Source of the DNA: Octopus vulgaris
Lineage: Eukaryota
Assembly (NCBI GenBank): GCA_951406725.2
Contig: OX597814.1
Span: 151,342,001-151,406,000 of the forward strand
Reading direction: 5' to 3'
DNA: 64,000 bases
Under the pieces are notes generated by a model. It worked only from the letters and a program-made list of their open reading frames with translations. It ran no database searches and was not told the origin of the DNA. Of this stretch, positions 32,998 through 45,099 are shown one piece after another. Position numbers and translations under genes: made by a program. The first letter of the stretch is position 1, and the number at the start of each line of letters is the position of its first letter.

Positions 32998-33300
32998 CTA
33001 CGGCACTCCGTCGGTTACGATGACGAGGGATTTAGTTGATCCAATCAACGGAACAGCCTGCTCGTGAAATTAACGTGCAAGTGGCTTTGAAATACAGGTA
33101 CAACAGAAACAGAAAGAAAGAGTGAGAAAAAGTTGTGGTGAAAGAGTACAGCAGGGTTCACCTGCCACCCTCGCCCGGAGCCTTGTGGCGCTTTAAGTGT
33201 TTTGGCGCAATAAACACTCACAACGCCAGGTCTGGGAATCGAAACCTCGATCTTACAACCGCGAGTACGCTGCCCTAATCACTGGGCCATTGCGCCCCCC
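32998..33300 (-). mobile_element. tRNA-headed SINE, family 3 group
   Basis: A box TGGCCCAGTGA and B box GTTTCGATTCC. The tail ...GAGCAGGCTGTTCCGTTG...GGAGTG is shared with 57680-57760. Confidence 0.8.
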
Positions 33301-34149
33301 ATATTCTTTCTCTCTCTCTCTCTCACACACATACACACACATATACGCATAAATATAAACGCACTTTCCATTTCCCCATATTTTCAATCTACCAAATTAT
33401 TCCACGTACAAGTTATTGGACATCCACAGGCACAATAAGAGCTTACTTGCCAAAGCGGCCGTGCAGTAGGACGGAACACATAACCACGTTATCGCCAAGC
33501 AAATTTTCGTAACTACTCCTTAATGCTTCTTTTTATATAAGAAACTTTATTTAAGAAGTAAATATATCTTACATCTTCCCTTTCTTATTTTCCGCCTTAT
33601 CTACAATAGATAATTAAATTGCGGTCATGCATAGCACAATGCTATAACGGTGTTCTAGAATGTTACAAATTTAAGGATGAACAGTTATATATATATATAT
33701 ATCACTCTTTGTAATAATACACTAGGTAAAGGAATGCAACATAATGTAGGTGATTTCTTGGTGAAAAACCGACAATTGTACATTGACTCCATAGAACCGA
33801 AGCGATTGTTCACGAGATCATGGGAAAGCACATCTCAACGAACTGGTAACATTATATGAACGTGGAACAAAACGCCTCGCAGCATTTCTTCCGGAGTTTT
33901 GCACTCTGAGTTCAATTCCTGTCGAAGTGAACTTTGTTGTTCACCTTTTTCTTTCTGACGGGTGGTTGTTGATGAAAGAAAGTATCAGTCCAGGGCAGTG
34001 GATTGCGGTAGCATAGCTTAAGGGGAAACGCGAAAGGACGGGGAGGGGCAAGTGTGTGTACGTGTGTGTGTGTGTGCATGGGGGGGGGGGGGGGGGTCCG
34101 CTCCAGACGAGCGACTTTTATATGGGCCGACACTTTTGGGTCGAGTGTA

Positions 34150-35393
34150 CAGGAGTTGGACAAATAATGGAAACGCCTTAAAATTTCAAGCAAATTTCTT
34201 TTAATATAAGGTAGGGCCGCCTTTGGCAGTAATTACAGCTTCAATTCTACGGGTTATGGACTCGTACAAAGTTTGAATTGTCCGTTCTTCAGCTAAAACA
34301 GTCTCCATTTCTTGTAGTGATGATTGTGGAGGATATCGACACCTTACTTGTTTTTCTAAAATGCACCATAAATGATCAATAATATTGAGATCTGGGGACT
34401 GTGGTGGCCAGATAAGATGTTCAACTTCACTAGAATGTTCTTCGTGCCATTCAGTAACAACTTTAGCTGTGTGAAGTGGTGCATTATCATCCTGAAAGAC
34501 TGCGTTTTCCTCTGGAAACAGTTCCGCAACCATAGGATGAATTTGATCAGATTAAATGTTTAAATAGTCTTGACTATAAATTCTGCCATGACGGGAAACC
34601 ATTGGTCCGGCGAATTTCCAAGATATAGTCCCCCCCACCCCGATCATCACAGATCCTCCTCCATGTTTAGCAGTTGGAAGAAGGCAGTCTGGGTCAAATG
34701 CTTCTTTTGGCTGTCTCCACACGTATACTCGGCCGGTGGCCGGAAATAAGGTAAAGGTTGGCTCGTCCGAGAAAATAACATTCTTCCACTGCTCTAGGTA
34801 CCAATTCTCTAAGTTTTTACTCGTCTCTAAATGCTTTGCAGCGTTTGTTTTGAAAGTAGTGGCTTTCTAATTGCAGCACTCCCGTGAATTCCGACTTTGT
34901 GCAGCTCCCGGCGAACAGTTTTTTGTGGAAACAGGGTTCTCAAGGTGGTCATTAAGCTCTGCAGTAATTATGGGAGCTATACTTTTGTGATCCTTTCTAA
35001 CAATTTGCGTAAGAGTCCGACAGTCCCTATCTGAAAGTTTTGGTTTTCTTCCGGAATTTTGTTTCGACGAGGAGGTTTTTCCCTCTTTCTCAAAGGATGT
35101 CATTACTTTCGAGACAGTATTTCTTGATACACCAAACATTTCGGCTGTTTTCTTTACGCTAGCGCCTGCCATACGAACATTAACAGTTTGACCTCTTTGA
35201 AAGTCCAATAAATCTGTCATTTTAATGAATTTTTTTTCTGATGATATCTGAAAAGAAACAGCAATTTTAGCAAAACATATTAAGCAACACTAATAATAAA
35301 TCAAAGTACATAAAAACAAACAAGCTTTTGACGGTTTTATAGATATTTCAAAATTATGATGCTAGGTGTTTCCATAATTTTGTCCAATCCCTG
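34150..35393 (-). mobile_element. Full-length, frameshifted Tc1-family transposon (1244 bp)
   Basis: TIRs CAGGAGTTGGACAAATAATGGAAAC / GTTTCCATAATTTTGTCCAATCCCTG with TA at both ends. HTH region with GRKPK, then IFSDE, FQDDNAPLH and SPDLNIIDH. Confidence 0.93.
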
Positions 35394-35690
35394 TATGTGT
35401 GTGTGTGGCGGGGATGAGGAGAGTAAAACCGCGGGCTACGTCTTTTCATTCTGAGTTCTTGAGTAGTAGATTGGATTTGCCATCTGCTTTAATATTGCTA
35501 CTTCGTTCCTGGCTATCTTTATCTGAGTTCATTCTGTTGCAAGCATTTGAACCAGGTCTTCGATTTGACGATAGCTTCCTACCTTCCTCGTGAATAGCAG
35601 GACAGCTCTCGAGTTTGTTGCCCCCTCCGGCTCTGTTCCTTATACAGGCTTATACAGCAAGCCTTAAGTAGCGGCTTCATAAAAGCGCTG

Positions 35691-35893
35691 TTGTTGTTGT
35701 TGTTAAGCAACAAGACGGGTAAGGGTGATTAGGTGATGGTCTAGGGCTTATGGGCGGGAGACCCCAGACTTTGGAAAAAAAACTTTAGTCATCTTGTTGT
35801 AGTCGAGGGCTCTTCGTTGACGCCGACACCACTGGGAGGTGGCCCTCGAAGTCACTGAAAATGGAGATATCCAGGTTCAAATTCTTGAACAGC
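35691..35893 (-). mobile_element. Short retroposon with a (CAA)n tail; second copy at 62162-62345 (+)
   Basis: Perfect 14-bp TSD TCATAAAAGCGCTG (35677-35690, 35894-35907). Confidence 0.85.
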
Positions 35894-36244
35894 TCATAAA
35901 AGCGCTGCTCCGGGCGGCCCGACTCCATGTCTTCCCATTCTTCAACAAGCTATGCGACTATTCCTCGTGCCGGTATCAGAGGCCCTGAAAAAATGCAAAG
36001 TCATGGGTGCGTCTCTTCTCTGTGACTAAATGGTATAAAAGTAAAATATAAGCGTTGAGTCACTTCCAGAAATTTGTGTTTGATCGAGTGTTTGCTGTTT
36101 TTTATTTATGTTTAGTTACTGGTGGAATGCAGAGTCCATAGTTCCAGAGGATATCATTTATTTATTTATTCATTTATTTTGTTAACAAGATTTTGGAAAG
36201 AAAGGTTTAGTTTGAATTATAGCTTCAATATTTGATCGTTGAAG

Positions 36245-36390
36245 CTGTGGTGTAGCTAGTGTTTGCCGCCTGGGACAGCCTTTGATTTTGTCACCACCAT
36301 TGGGTCCCGAGCTTCTAGAGGCTTATTCAGCAGACCTAAAATTGCCTCACCATTAAAAGTGTCGCCTTTCGCCCCTTAGCTATGTTACTG
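36245..36390. mobile_element. hAT-type MITE, degenerate (related pieces at ~43870-43965 and ~44080-44245)
   Basis: Ends CTGTGGTGTAGCTAG / TTAGCTATGTTACTG resemble those of the 11341 element. Confidence 0.5.
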
Positions 36391-37784
36391 AGGTGAAGAA
36401 AGAGTTCCAAAAGAATACACTACCATGACATTTTCTGAAAGGTGCTATTGATATTAATTAAAAGTTTAGGTATATCATGTCAATTCACATTAAATATCGC
36501 TTGATTGAGATGTAACTCAACAGGTGAAATGAGATAATTACTTCTTTGGAATATAAATTTAGGATTTGGAAAAAGGCAGTGGCTTCGATTAGAAAAAAAA
36601 GCATTTTTTATCCAAGTGTTTATATATAATTTTCAAAAAGCTTATTGACTTTCATTAATCAGTTTTAAATAGCAAGGAGACTTGCAATAATCATTGGCTG
36701 ATTCATAACAACTCATATATCAAAAGCTTCAATCGATAAAACCAATAAAAGCATTCCATTTCTCTAGGATGGTCCAAACACTAGGATGGTCTAAAGTCCA
36801 GAATGATTAAAACGAAGATGATCTCTGCCTTCAACATTTTTGATTGTCAATATTATTCATCATCATGAAGGCCACGAGCTGGCTGAATCGTTAGCACGCC
36901 GGACAAAACGCTTAGCGGCATTTCATCCGTACTTACGCTCTGAGTTTAAATTCCGCCACTGTTTAAATGCACTGGGATCGATTTACCTCGAAATTACTGG
37001 CCTTTTTGCCAAAATTTGAAACCAATATTATTCATAATCAAACTGGTTGATATAACCATAGATACTTTATAAAAAATACTTTTGCCTTCAGACTGAACGG
37101 CCAATATAATTTTACAGCGACGTGACCTTTTGCCTATCTAAAGTAGTTTCATAAGTTTGTCTTAAACATCCATACCTGTTTCCAGACTTTTAGTTAGGTT
37201 ACCCCTTGTTTCATGCATTCTGAGTAATTCAAAACTTTCCTTTCAGAAGTCCCACTTTATTCTGATAGATGAAAAACATTGGGAATGTTTATCATAACAG
37301 ATGCATTGACGTCAGGAAAATATGATGTGTTTATCACATGTGCTGTTCCAGAATTTATTTCTGTATAGCGAGCCGATCCCATTTGCATCATTCTCTATGA
37401 TGGCCTTGTACTCAGCCCTGATACCTTTGTACATTTTAATCCTGTGCCTTTGGATGTAACCAGAGGACCGCATGCGGTGGATGAAGTGTTATACTGTCTT
37501 TCCAATTCCGTTGGATCATAGACGCAGGACATATTCTTCATATATATATATATATATAATTAATCAATATAGGGTGGCAAAAAAAATTTTGTAGAATTCT
37601 TTTGCCACCAGCGGCCTAGTGGGAAAAAATTAAATAGTCATAAACCATTTTTATGTTCAACATCACAATCAAGGAACGGCCATAATAGGCCATTCACCCA
37701 CTAGAAATAACAGCCAAAAGCTTTAACCGCAAAATAACGTCAATTCCGTAAACCAGGAGAAAATTGAAAAACATTTACCCTGTA

Positions 37785-37891
37785 ATTTCTTAGACGATGC
37801 ACCGTTTCATCTTCTGTTTAATGGAAAACTAACCTGATTAAATTAAATCAAGCCAATCTACCATAGGCCCTTAGATTCATCAGTAAGAAAT
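37785..37891 (-). ncRNA. Type I hammerhead ribozyme (mirror copy)
   Basis: Reverse complement of 38363-38469. Confidence 0.8.
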
Positions 37892-38362
37892 AGCCAAGCC
37901 AGAACAGATATTTTTCACGAGGCATTCTCGTTGCTACCTCGTCAATATCTGACCTAAAATTTTCAAATCGTCGCACTCGCGCCAAATTTATCGGCAGCAA
38001 ATAAATATAAGCCGCCGATTCCATTACGGAATTAACCAGAAAATTCATAATTAATCAATATAGGGTGGCAAAAAAAAATTTTGTAGAATTCTTTTGCCAC
38101 CAGCGGCCTAGTGGGAAAAAATTAAATAGTCATAAACCATTTTTAAGTTCAACATCACAATCAAGGAACGGCCATAATAGGCCATTCACCCTATATTGAT
38201 TAATTATGAATTTTCTGGTTAATTCCGTAATGGAATCGGCGGCTTATATTTATTTGCTGCCGATAAATTTGGCGCGAGTGCGACGATTTGAAAATTTTAG
38301 GTCAGATATTGACGAGGTAGCAACGAGAATGCCTCGTGAAAAATATCTGTTCTGGCTTGGCT

Positions 38363-38469
38363 ATTTCTTACTGATGAATCTAAGGGCCTATGGTAGATTG
38401 GCTTGATTTAATTTAATCAGGTTAGTTTTCCATTAAACAGAAGATGAAACGGTGCATCGTCTAAGAAAT
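38363..38469 (+). ncRNA. Type I hammerhead ribozyme with extended stem II; predicted cleavage after C38461 (GUC)
   Basis: ATTTCTTA-CTGATGA-ATCT[60 nt]AGAT-GAAA-CG GTGCAT CG-TC-TAAGAAAT. This gives an 8-bp stem I, the full core and a short stem III with palindromic UGCA. Confidence 0.82.
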
Positions 38470-38727
38470 TACAGGGTAAATGTTTTTCAATTTTCTCCTG
38501 GTTTACGGAATTGACGTTATTTTGCGGTTAAAGCTTTTGGCTGTTATTTCTAGTGGGTGAATGGCCTATTATGGCCGTTCCTTGATTGTGATATATATAT
38601 ATATATATATATATATAAATCCCCAAAATGGAACAAGAACGCAACATATGACAATAAAACATCCGGGCAAATAGACGATACGAAGACAGACAGGACAAAA
38701 CAAGGACGGGCCATTCGTGGCCTTCTC

Positions 38728-38785
38728 TCCTCAGTCATGTTTCCAGATTATCCTTTCAGTTTCGGCCGGTTACACTTGAGAATGT
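38728..38785 (-). ncRNA. Candidate rearranged hammerhead (family X, more degenerate)
   Basis: Minus strand: CATT-C-TCAAG ... GAAA-CTG ... CATGA-CTGAGGA. Confidence 0.45.
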
Positions 38786-39123
38786 TCAAATATGCCTGGC
38801 CCCAAAAATCGAAGCTAAGATTATTAAATTTTGGAGAAAGTTAACGAATGTGTACGACAACAAAGAGAAAAAACAAAAACAAAAAACCTGAAAAACGGAG
38901 AAAATGTTACTCAATTACAAATACAAACAACAAGAAAGTAACAACAGGTGTCTTTCGACTAATACAGACAAATCAAGATGAGCTGGCGAGTGTGGAGTGA
39001 AAGCCTTGAGGCAAGAACATTGGTGGACGTAAGAGAAGAAAATCAGGAGACAAGAATAAGAGATGCTTCGTGTCTGGCAGTCGAGCCAAGAAAGAAAGAT
39101 CATGCTTGGCCGAACACCAGTCA

Positions 39124-39213
39124 CGTGGAAGGAAAGGAGAGCGTGGAAGGAAAGGAGAGCGTGGAAGGAAAGGAGAGCGTGGAAGGAAAGGAGAGCGTGG
39201 AAGGAAAGGAGAA
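39124..39213. repeat. 18-bp minisatellite (CGTGGAAGGAAAGGAGAG) x5
   Basis: Direct reading. Confidence 0.95.
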
Positions 39214-39420
39214 CAGGAGAAAGAAAAAGAAAAAATCAAAGGGACATAGATAAGGTACAAGTGATATAAACGATGAAAAAATAGGTAGATTAAAGAAAGG
39301 CCAAGAAATGTGAGGGAGGGGAGCGAGAAAAAGAAAAGAGGAAAGAAAGTATGAGGGATACTAAAAGAGGGAGTAAAAAAAGTCGCACAGAATTTAATGC
39401 TTGTTTTTATGTGAAATTAT

Positions 39421-39797
39421 TTACAAAGAGTGTTGCTCAAGGAGCTGCCTTCCAAGTCTTATGACGTTATCAGCCTCACGTATACAAACATAGTCAAGGA
39501 ATGCACTTCGACACTTGGTGGTTATAATATGTTGCCAAAGGGATATGATGCAACATTCAAAGGCATTTTGGATCAATGTTAAGCCTCTGCCGTCTTGTTT
39601 TCGTTTTAGGTAGAGGCGGTCTACATCACTGTTTATGCGAAAATTATGTGTTTTTGTTAGTATTTTTCGGGTTTTCACATCAGTAGCTCGGATCTTATCA
39701 AGCGTCCAATCAAGCAACCGAAATGTTGGTACGAGTACTGGCACTGCAAACACATTGTGGGCCACTGTTTTATTGAATGCAGAAAGTTCTGAGGTCC
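39421..39797 (-). mobile_element. R4/Dong-like LINE post-RT fragment abutting (TACA)n
   Basis: ELSAFNKTVAHNVFAVPVL...DVKTRKILT...SDVDRLYLKRKQDGRGL. Confidence 0.85.
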
Positions 39798-40198
39798 GTA
39801 TGTATGTATGTATGTATGTATGTATGTATGTATGTATGTATGTATGTATGTATGAATGTATGTATGCATGCATGCATGTATGTATGTATGTATGTATGTA
39901 TGTATGTATGTATGTATGTATGTATGTATGTATGTATGTATGTATGTATGTATGAATGAATGTATGTATGTATGTATGAATGTATGTATGTATGTATGTA
40001 TGTATGTATGTATGTATGTATGTATGTATGTATGTATGTATGTATGTATGTATGAATGTATGTATGAATGTATGTATGTATGTATGTATGTATGTATGTA
40101 TGTATGTATGTATGTATGAATGTATGTATGAATGTATGTATGCATGTATGAATGTATGTATGTATGTATGTATGTATGTATGTATGTATGTACGTACG

Positions 40199-40232
<34 letters not shown>

Positions 40233-40390
40233 TGTATGTATGTATGTATGTATGTATGTGTGTGTGTGTGTGTGTGTGTGTTTGTATGTATGTATGTATG
40301 TATGTATGTATGTATGTATGTATGTGTGTATGTGTGTGTGTATGTATGTATGTATGTATGTATGTATGTATGTATGTATGTATGTATGTA
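39798..40390. repeat. (ATGT)n microsatellite, ~590 bp (others at 8166-8320, 8680-8925, 29639-29710, 56279-56500)
   Basis: Direct reading. Confidence 0.97.
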
Positions 40391-41147
40391 CATTATGATC
40401 ATCTTCATTTCGGTGACATTCACGCATTTGAGTATATTTGTGACATTTGTCTTTCCTGAGTGTATTATTTTCTTGATATCGAAACCGAAACCTCATGTTT
40501 TATGTACTATTTATAACGGTTAATACGGCTTGTCGCAGCTGCAGTGATTTTTAGACCGACCTGTCTTTCATCGTGTAATGTATTTATAGTTCTACACTTT
40601 GGATGTTTATTAGGACATTTAATCCCAATTGCATGATTAATTACAAACATCAACAATTAAAACCGAAAGTTGTTATGTAATACAAATTTAGGTAATGAGC
40701 TTGTTCTTGTTTCGTGACCTGGAGTAATGCGCACATGCTTTGCATATGATTTATTTCTAAAACCATTAATGTATAACAGTTTAGTCACATTCTATTCTCG
40801 TTATAAACATCGCTCGAACAACTAAATCTCCTTCTAATCACACCCTATAACTTTAGAATAATATAGAAATGATGTGGATGTAGGAATATATGGCATGATC
40901 GTACTTGACATAGAAAAGTAAACAACATTAACTTATCTGCACCAGATATTATGCTGTAGATTAAACTCTTCTTTTTTTTTTTCGATAAATAAATTTGTAA
41001 GCGTTTAAGAATTGGCTCAAGAATCAAAGTAGATTTTACTAGATCTCTGAAATTTCTCATTTATTATCGAATAATAAGCAATCATAATGCAGCCTAAGTG
41101 AAATATTCTTCATCCGTATACTTTTAATCAAGTAATATGATACATTA

Positions 41148-41409
41148 AAAAATGAATATATGCGCCCTTTTTAAAGCCTAGCCAGGCTCAATAGCCCGGT
41201 TTCCCGGTTTCTATGGCGTATGTGTTCCCCAGCAGGACGGGACGCCAGTCCATCGCAGCGTTACTCATTTTTGCCAGCTGAGTGGACTGGAGCAATGTGA
41301 AATGAAGTGTTTTGCTCAAGAACACAACATGTCGCCCGGTCCAGGAATCGAAACCACAATCTTACGGTCATGATGCTGACACCCTAACCACTAAACCACG
41401 CACCTCCAC
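41148..41409 (-). mobile_element. tRNA-headed CORE-like SINE (family 3)
   Basis: A box TGGTTTAGTGG, B box GTTTCGATTCC and CORE-like TGTGTTCTTGAGCAAAACACTT. 14-bp TSD AATATGAT(A/G)CATTA. Confidence 0.85.
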
Positions 41410-41849
41410 AATATGATGCATTACAATCTGTCATATTGTTTATAATGTATGGTGTTATTTGATTTAAAAGTATCGGGATATTTGTTCGATAAAGAAATAT
41501 CCGGATGATTTTATAATAAGAAACGACAGAATTTGAAAACACAATGAGCTTGTAAAAGGTTATAAAGCAAATATAGAGTCATTAACATTTATCCTGTGTG
41601 CACAGTATACACAAAATTGCAGAGTGGTTCAACACATTATATTGACTTCAGTTTTAATAATCAATTACCCTTTACGACTCTTAAAATTTTTTTTTAATAA
41701 ATGACGGAAAACTAAAATAACTCCTATCCCACCCCACCTCGCTTTTCAAGCTATATCTTTTATCAACGAACAACAATGCAGTTTATCAATTTGTTAAAGT
41801 TAGTCAACAGTTCAAATATAAGGAAGGGTTTAATTAGAGAACAGTTTAG

Positions 41850-43420
41850 GAGTGTTGACGGATGTTACTGATAAGCTATACAATTGGGGCTACGAACAAA
41901 GAATTTCCTGTAAGACCTCTGTGAGCTGCTGCGTCTGTAGCTCCTTTAGCTCCTCCGTTGTCAGTTGCTTGGAGTGCTCCTCGATGAGCTCATTGATGTC
42001 ACCTTCATCCATGTCCAGGCCCAAGGACTTACCGAGGGATACAATCTCCTCCACCACTGCCACTTCGGGTTCGAGTCTTTCAAAGTCTATTTCAGACACA
42101 ACCTCAGACCACAGCGTCTTCCACGCAGAGGTCAAGGTCCTCTTTGTAACACCCCGCCAGGCCATATTGATAATTCTGAGGCGTATCACAATGTTATAGT
42201 GGTCCTTCTAGAACTCTCAAAGGTTGAGATTTGTGCTTTCTGTCATCTCAAAGCAGCGGCAGAACAGGTGCTTGCTTCTTCAAATTAGAAATTACCTGCT
42301 ATCCATGGGCTGCAGGAAAGTGGTGGTGTTGAGTAGAAGGTAGAGAACCTTTATAAACTTGAACTCTTCGAGGATGTCATCTTCGAAGTTAGGTGGGTGA
42401 GCAAGTGCATTGTCCAGGGCTTGCAGGAGTAGGTTTTTTCCTGAAGATATTTCTTAACGTCAAGACCAAAGACCAAATTCATCCACTCACAAAGAATTGC
42501 CTGGTGACACACACCCTCGGGTTTACCCTCCACATAATCAGCAGTTTTTCTTTCAGAATCTTATGTGACTTAAAAGCTCTGGGGTTTTCCGAATAATAAA
42601 CGAGCAGCGGCTTAACCTTGCAGTCGCCGCTCGCATTAGCGCACAGTGCAAGGGTTAGCATATCCTTCATGGGTTTGTGGCCTAGCATCCTCTTCTCCCC
42701 TGCCGTTATATAATTCTTCCTTGGCATCTTCTTTCAAGAACTGCCCGGTGACCCACACCCTCGTGTTTGCACTCCACATAACCTGCAGTTTTTCTTTCAG
42801 AATCTTATGTGACTTAAAGGCTCTGGGGTTTTCTGAACGACAAAAGAGCAGCGGCTTAATCTTGCAGTCGCCGCACGCATTGGTGCACAGAGCGAGGGTT
42901 AGCCTGTCCTTCATGGGTATGTGGCCTGGCATCCTCTTCTCCTCTGCCGTTATATAATTCTTCCTTGGCATCTTCTTCCAAAAGCATCATGTCTCGTCAC
43001 AGCTGAAGACTTGCTGGAGAATGTATTCTTCGGCTGCTATAATTCCGGCAAAAGTTTTGAGATAATTCTCAGCTGCCTTCATACCCGCGCTCGCTACCTC
43101 ACCATACCTAACAAGGGAGTGAATGCCGGTCCCCTTTTTAAATTTCTCGAACCAGCCCCGACTGGCTTTAAACGACTCGTCCGATGCCTCATCCGTACAA
43201 GTGCCTGGGGTCTTCTGCAGCAAATCAGCTTAAATAGCTCGTGCCTTCACGCAGATTATAGCCTCTGTCACGGTATCCCCTGCGAGCTGCTTCTCCGTCA
43301 ACTACACTATCAGCAGCTTCTGCATATTTTCATGGATAGATGTTCGCTGTTTAGAAATTATTTTTACGCCCTTGGTTGGCGTTATAACCTTTATAGACTC
43401 TTTCTGCTTCAGTATGATGC
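41850..43420 (-). mobile_element. Tigger/pogo-family transposase pseudogene
   Basis: FKASRGWFEKFKK, GEVASA, QQVFSCDET, KDRLTLALCTNACGDCKIKPLL, ENPRAFK and AWKTLWSE. Confidence 0.9.
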
Positions 43421-43428
43421 AGAGAGGC

Positions 43429-43487
<59 letters not shown>

Positions 43488-44612
43488 AACAAAAAACGGA
43501 GAGTAACCAAAGGGAGAGTTTTGCCTCATGGATGGGCCTGTGCTGTGAGGATTGAAAAATTGCAGACAAATGGCTTCGTTCAATAAAATTAAGATGATTT
43601 CCAACTTTTTAAACATGCCCAACAACATGGTTCAGAAATCAGAATTATAAAGAAGCAAATTCTAGTTTGTCCTCTCGTGAAATAATATAGGCTAGAGGGT
43701 TTAGAGGGTGGCAAACTCAACAGCAGTCCCGAGCAGTACGCACATCTACACCACTAATTATTGGTCTGCTCAATAGGGGTTGTTTGGGTCTAAACAACAA
43801 TCCCAATGTTATAGATAAGGGGTTGGAGACGAGAGGATGGTTCGGTCCTGGTGATGTTTTTATGGATGCGGCATTTCGGGGGTCTGCCGTATAGTCTGTA
43901 TTGCCTGGGTTGGGGTGCAAGCTCAAGGGCTTCCCCGAGCAGCACACACTTTAACTATGCCACTGCGAAGAGACGAGGGTCGCCAACAAATTTTACAAAC
44001 ATTTTTGAAGGGTGAGGAGGAGGAGCGGGTTGGTATTTGTTCCGTTGGTCAAGCGTAAACTATTCCTGAAAAAACATTCACTGGCTGTAGCATAGCTGGG
44101 AGCGTACGCGAGGGGACGGCCAGCTCCGGGCGACACCATTTTTTCTGGTGAAGGCCATGTTAGGATCTGCTGCACAAGCCTATATAGGCTAGGGAGCTTA
44201 GAGACTGGAAAACTCAAGGGCTGTCCTGAGCGGCACACATATCTACATCACAAATTATTGGTCTGCTCCAATGTTATAAATAGACCAATATAACTGAAAT
44301 TTTCTATTATACATGACTGAAGGTGCCTCTTAAATTAGTATTTAGTATTTATTAACTAGTCATGGGGAACAGTGACAACTAACACTTATTTCTACCTTGG
44401 GAAATGTTCAATCCGTAAAATACAGTAGCTGTGTTTTCACAGCCATTACAATAATGGCCTCTGTTCTGCAAAATTTGCTGTCTCATGGGATATAAAAATA
44501 TCCCTATGTATCTAGGACAGGAAAATGAGAGGAAATTACTCTTCATTTGTATAAGTTATTGTTTCATTGTTGAAAGATGATACAACTGGAACAATGACAG
44601 GATTCGTCATAT

Positions 44613-44874
44613 AATGCTTAACGGTATTTCGTCTGCCGTTACGTTCTGAGTTCAAATTCCGCCGAGGTCGACTTTGCTTTTCATCCTTTCGGGGCCGATT
44701 AAATAAGTACCAGTTACGCACTGGGGTCGATATAATCGACTTAATCCGTTTGTCTGTCTTTGTTTGTCCTCTCTGTGTTTAGCCCCTTGTGGATAGTAAA
44801 GAAATAGGTATTTCGTCTGCCGTTACGTTCTGAGCTCAAATTCCGCCGAGGTCGACTTTCATCCTTTCGGGGTG
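44613..44874 (+). mobile_element. SINE family 2, 1.4-mer
   Basis: One unit, the junction GTAAAGAAATA|GGTATTTCG, then a partial unit. Confidence 0.85.
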
Positions 44875-44926
44875 AAATTCGGGACGGGCACAGAAGTGGG
44901 ACTGGTACACACACAAAGTGATCGTA

Positions 44927-44976
<50 letters not shown>

Positions 44977-45099
44977 CTTGTACTTGCGAGTATATGTGTG
45001 TGCTGAAAGAGAGGTATGTAGATATCATTCAGTCTATATGTATATGTATATGCGCGCATACACACACACACATATAAATACATATATATGTATATATTT

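Larger units (their letters stand above)
37556..38592. mobile_element. Retrozyme-like or Penelope-dependent non-coding element: ~491-nt unit as a 1.3-mer plus an inverted copy, inserted in (TA)n
   Basis: Direct repeat 37556-37699 / 38047-38191. Inverted arms 37662-38067 / 38187-38592 (406 bp). (TA)n on both sides and a hammerhead in each arm. Confidence 0.8.
38618..39400 (-). mobile_element. Penelope-like pseudo-LTR repeat, family X, abutting (TA)n
   Basis: Homologous to 45780-46465 and 29510-29640 (CGTCCTTGTTTT and GCGTTCTTGT.CCAT shared by all three; GTCGAAAGAC(A/G)CCTGTTG shared by the two long copies). The PLE assignment is inferred. Confidence 0.55.

Noticed and set aside
38206-38406. 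66-aa ORF present identically on both strands (also 37848-38048)
   Set aside because: Explained by the inverted repeat. It has no recognisable domain and overlaps the ribozyme.
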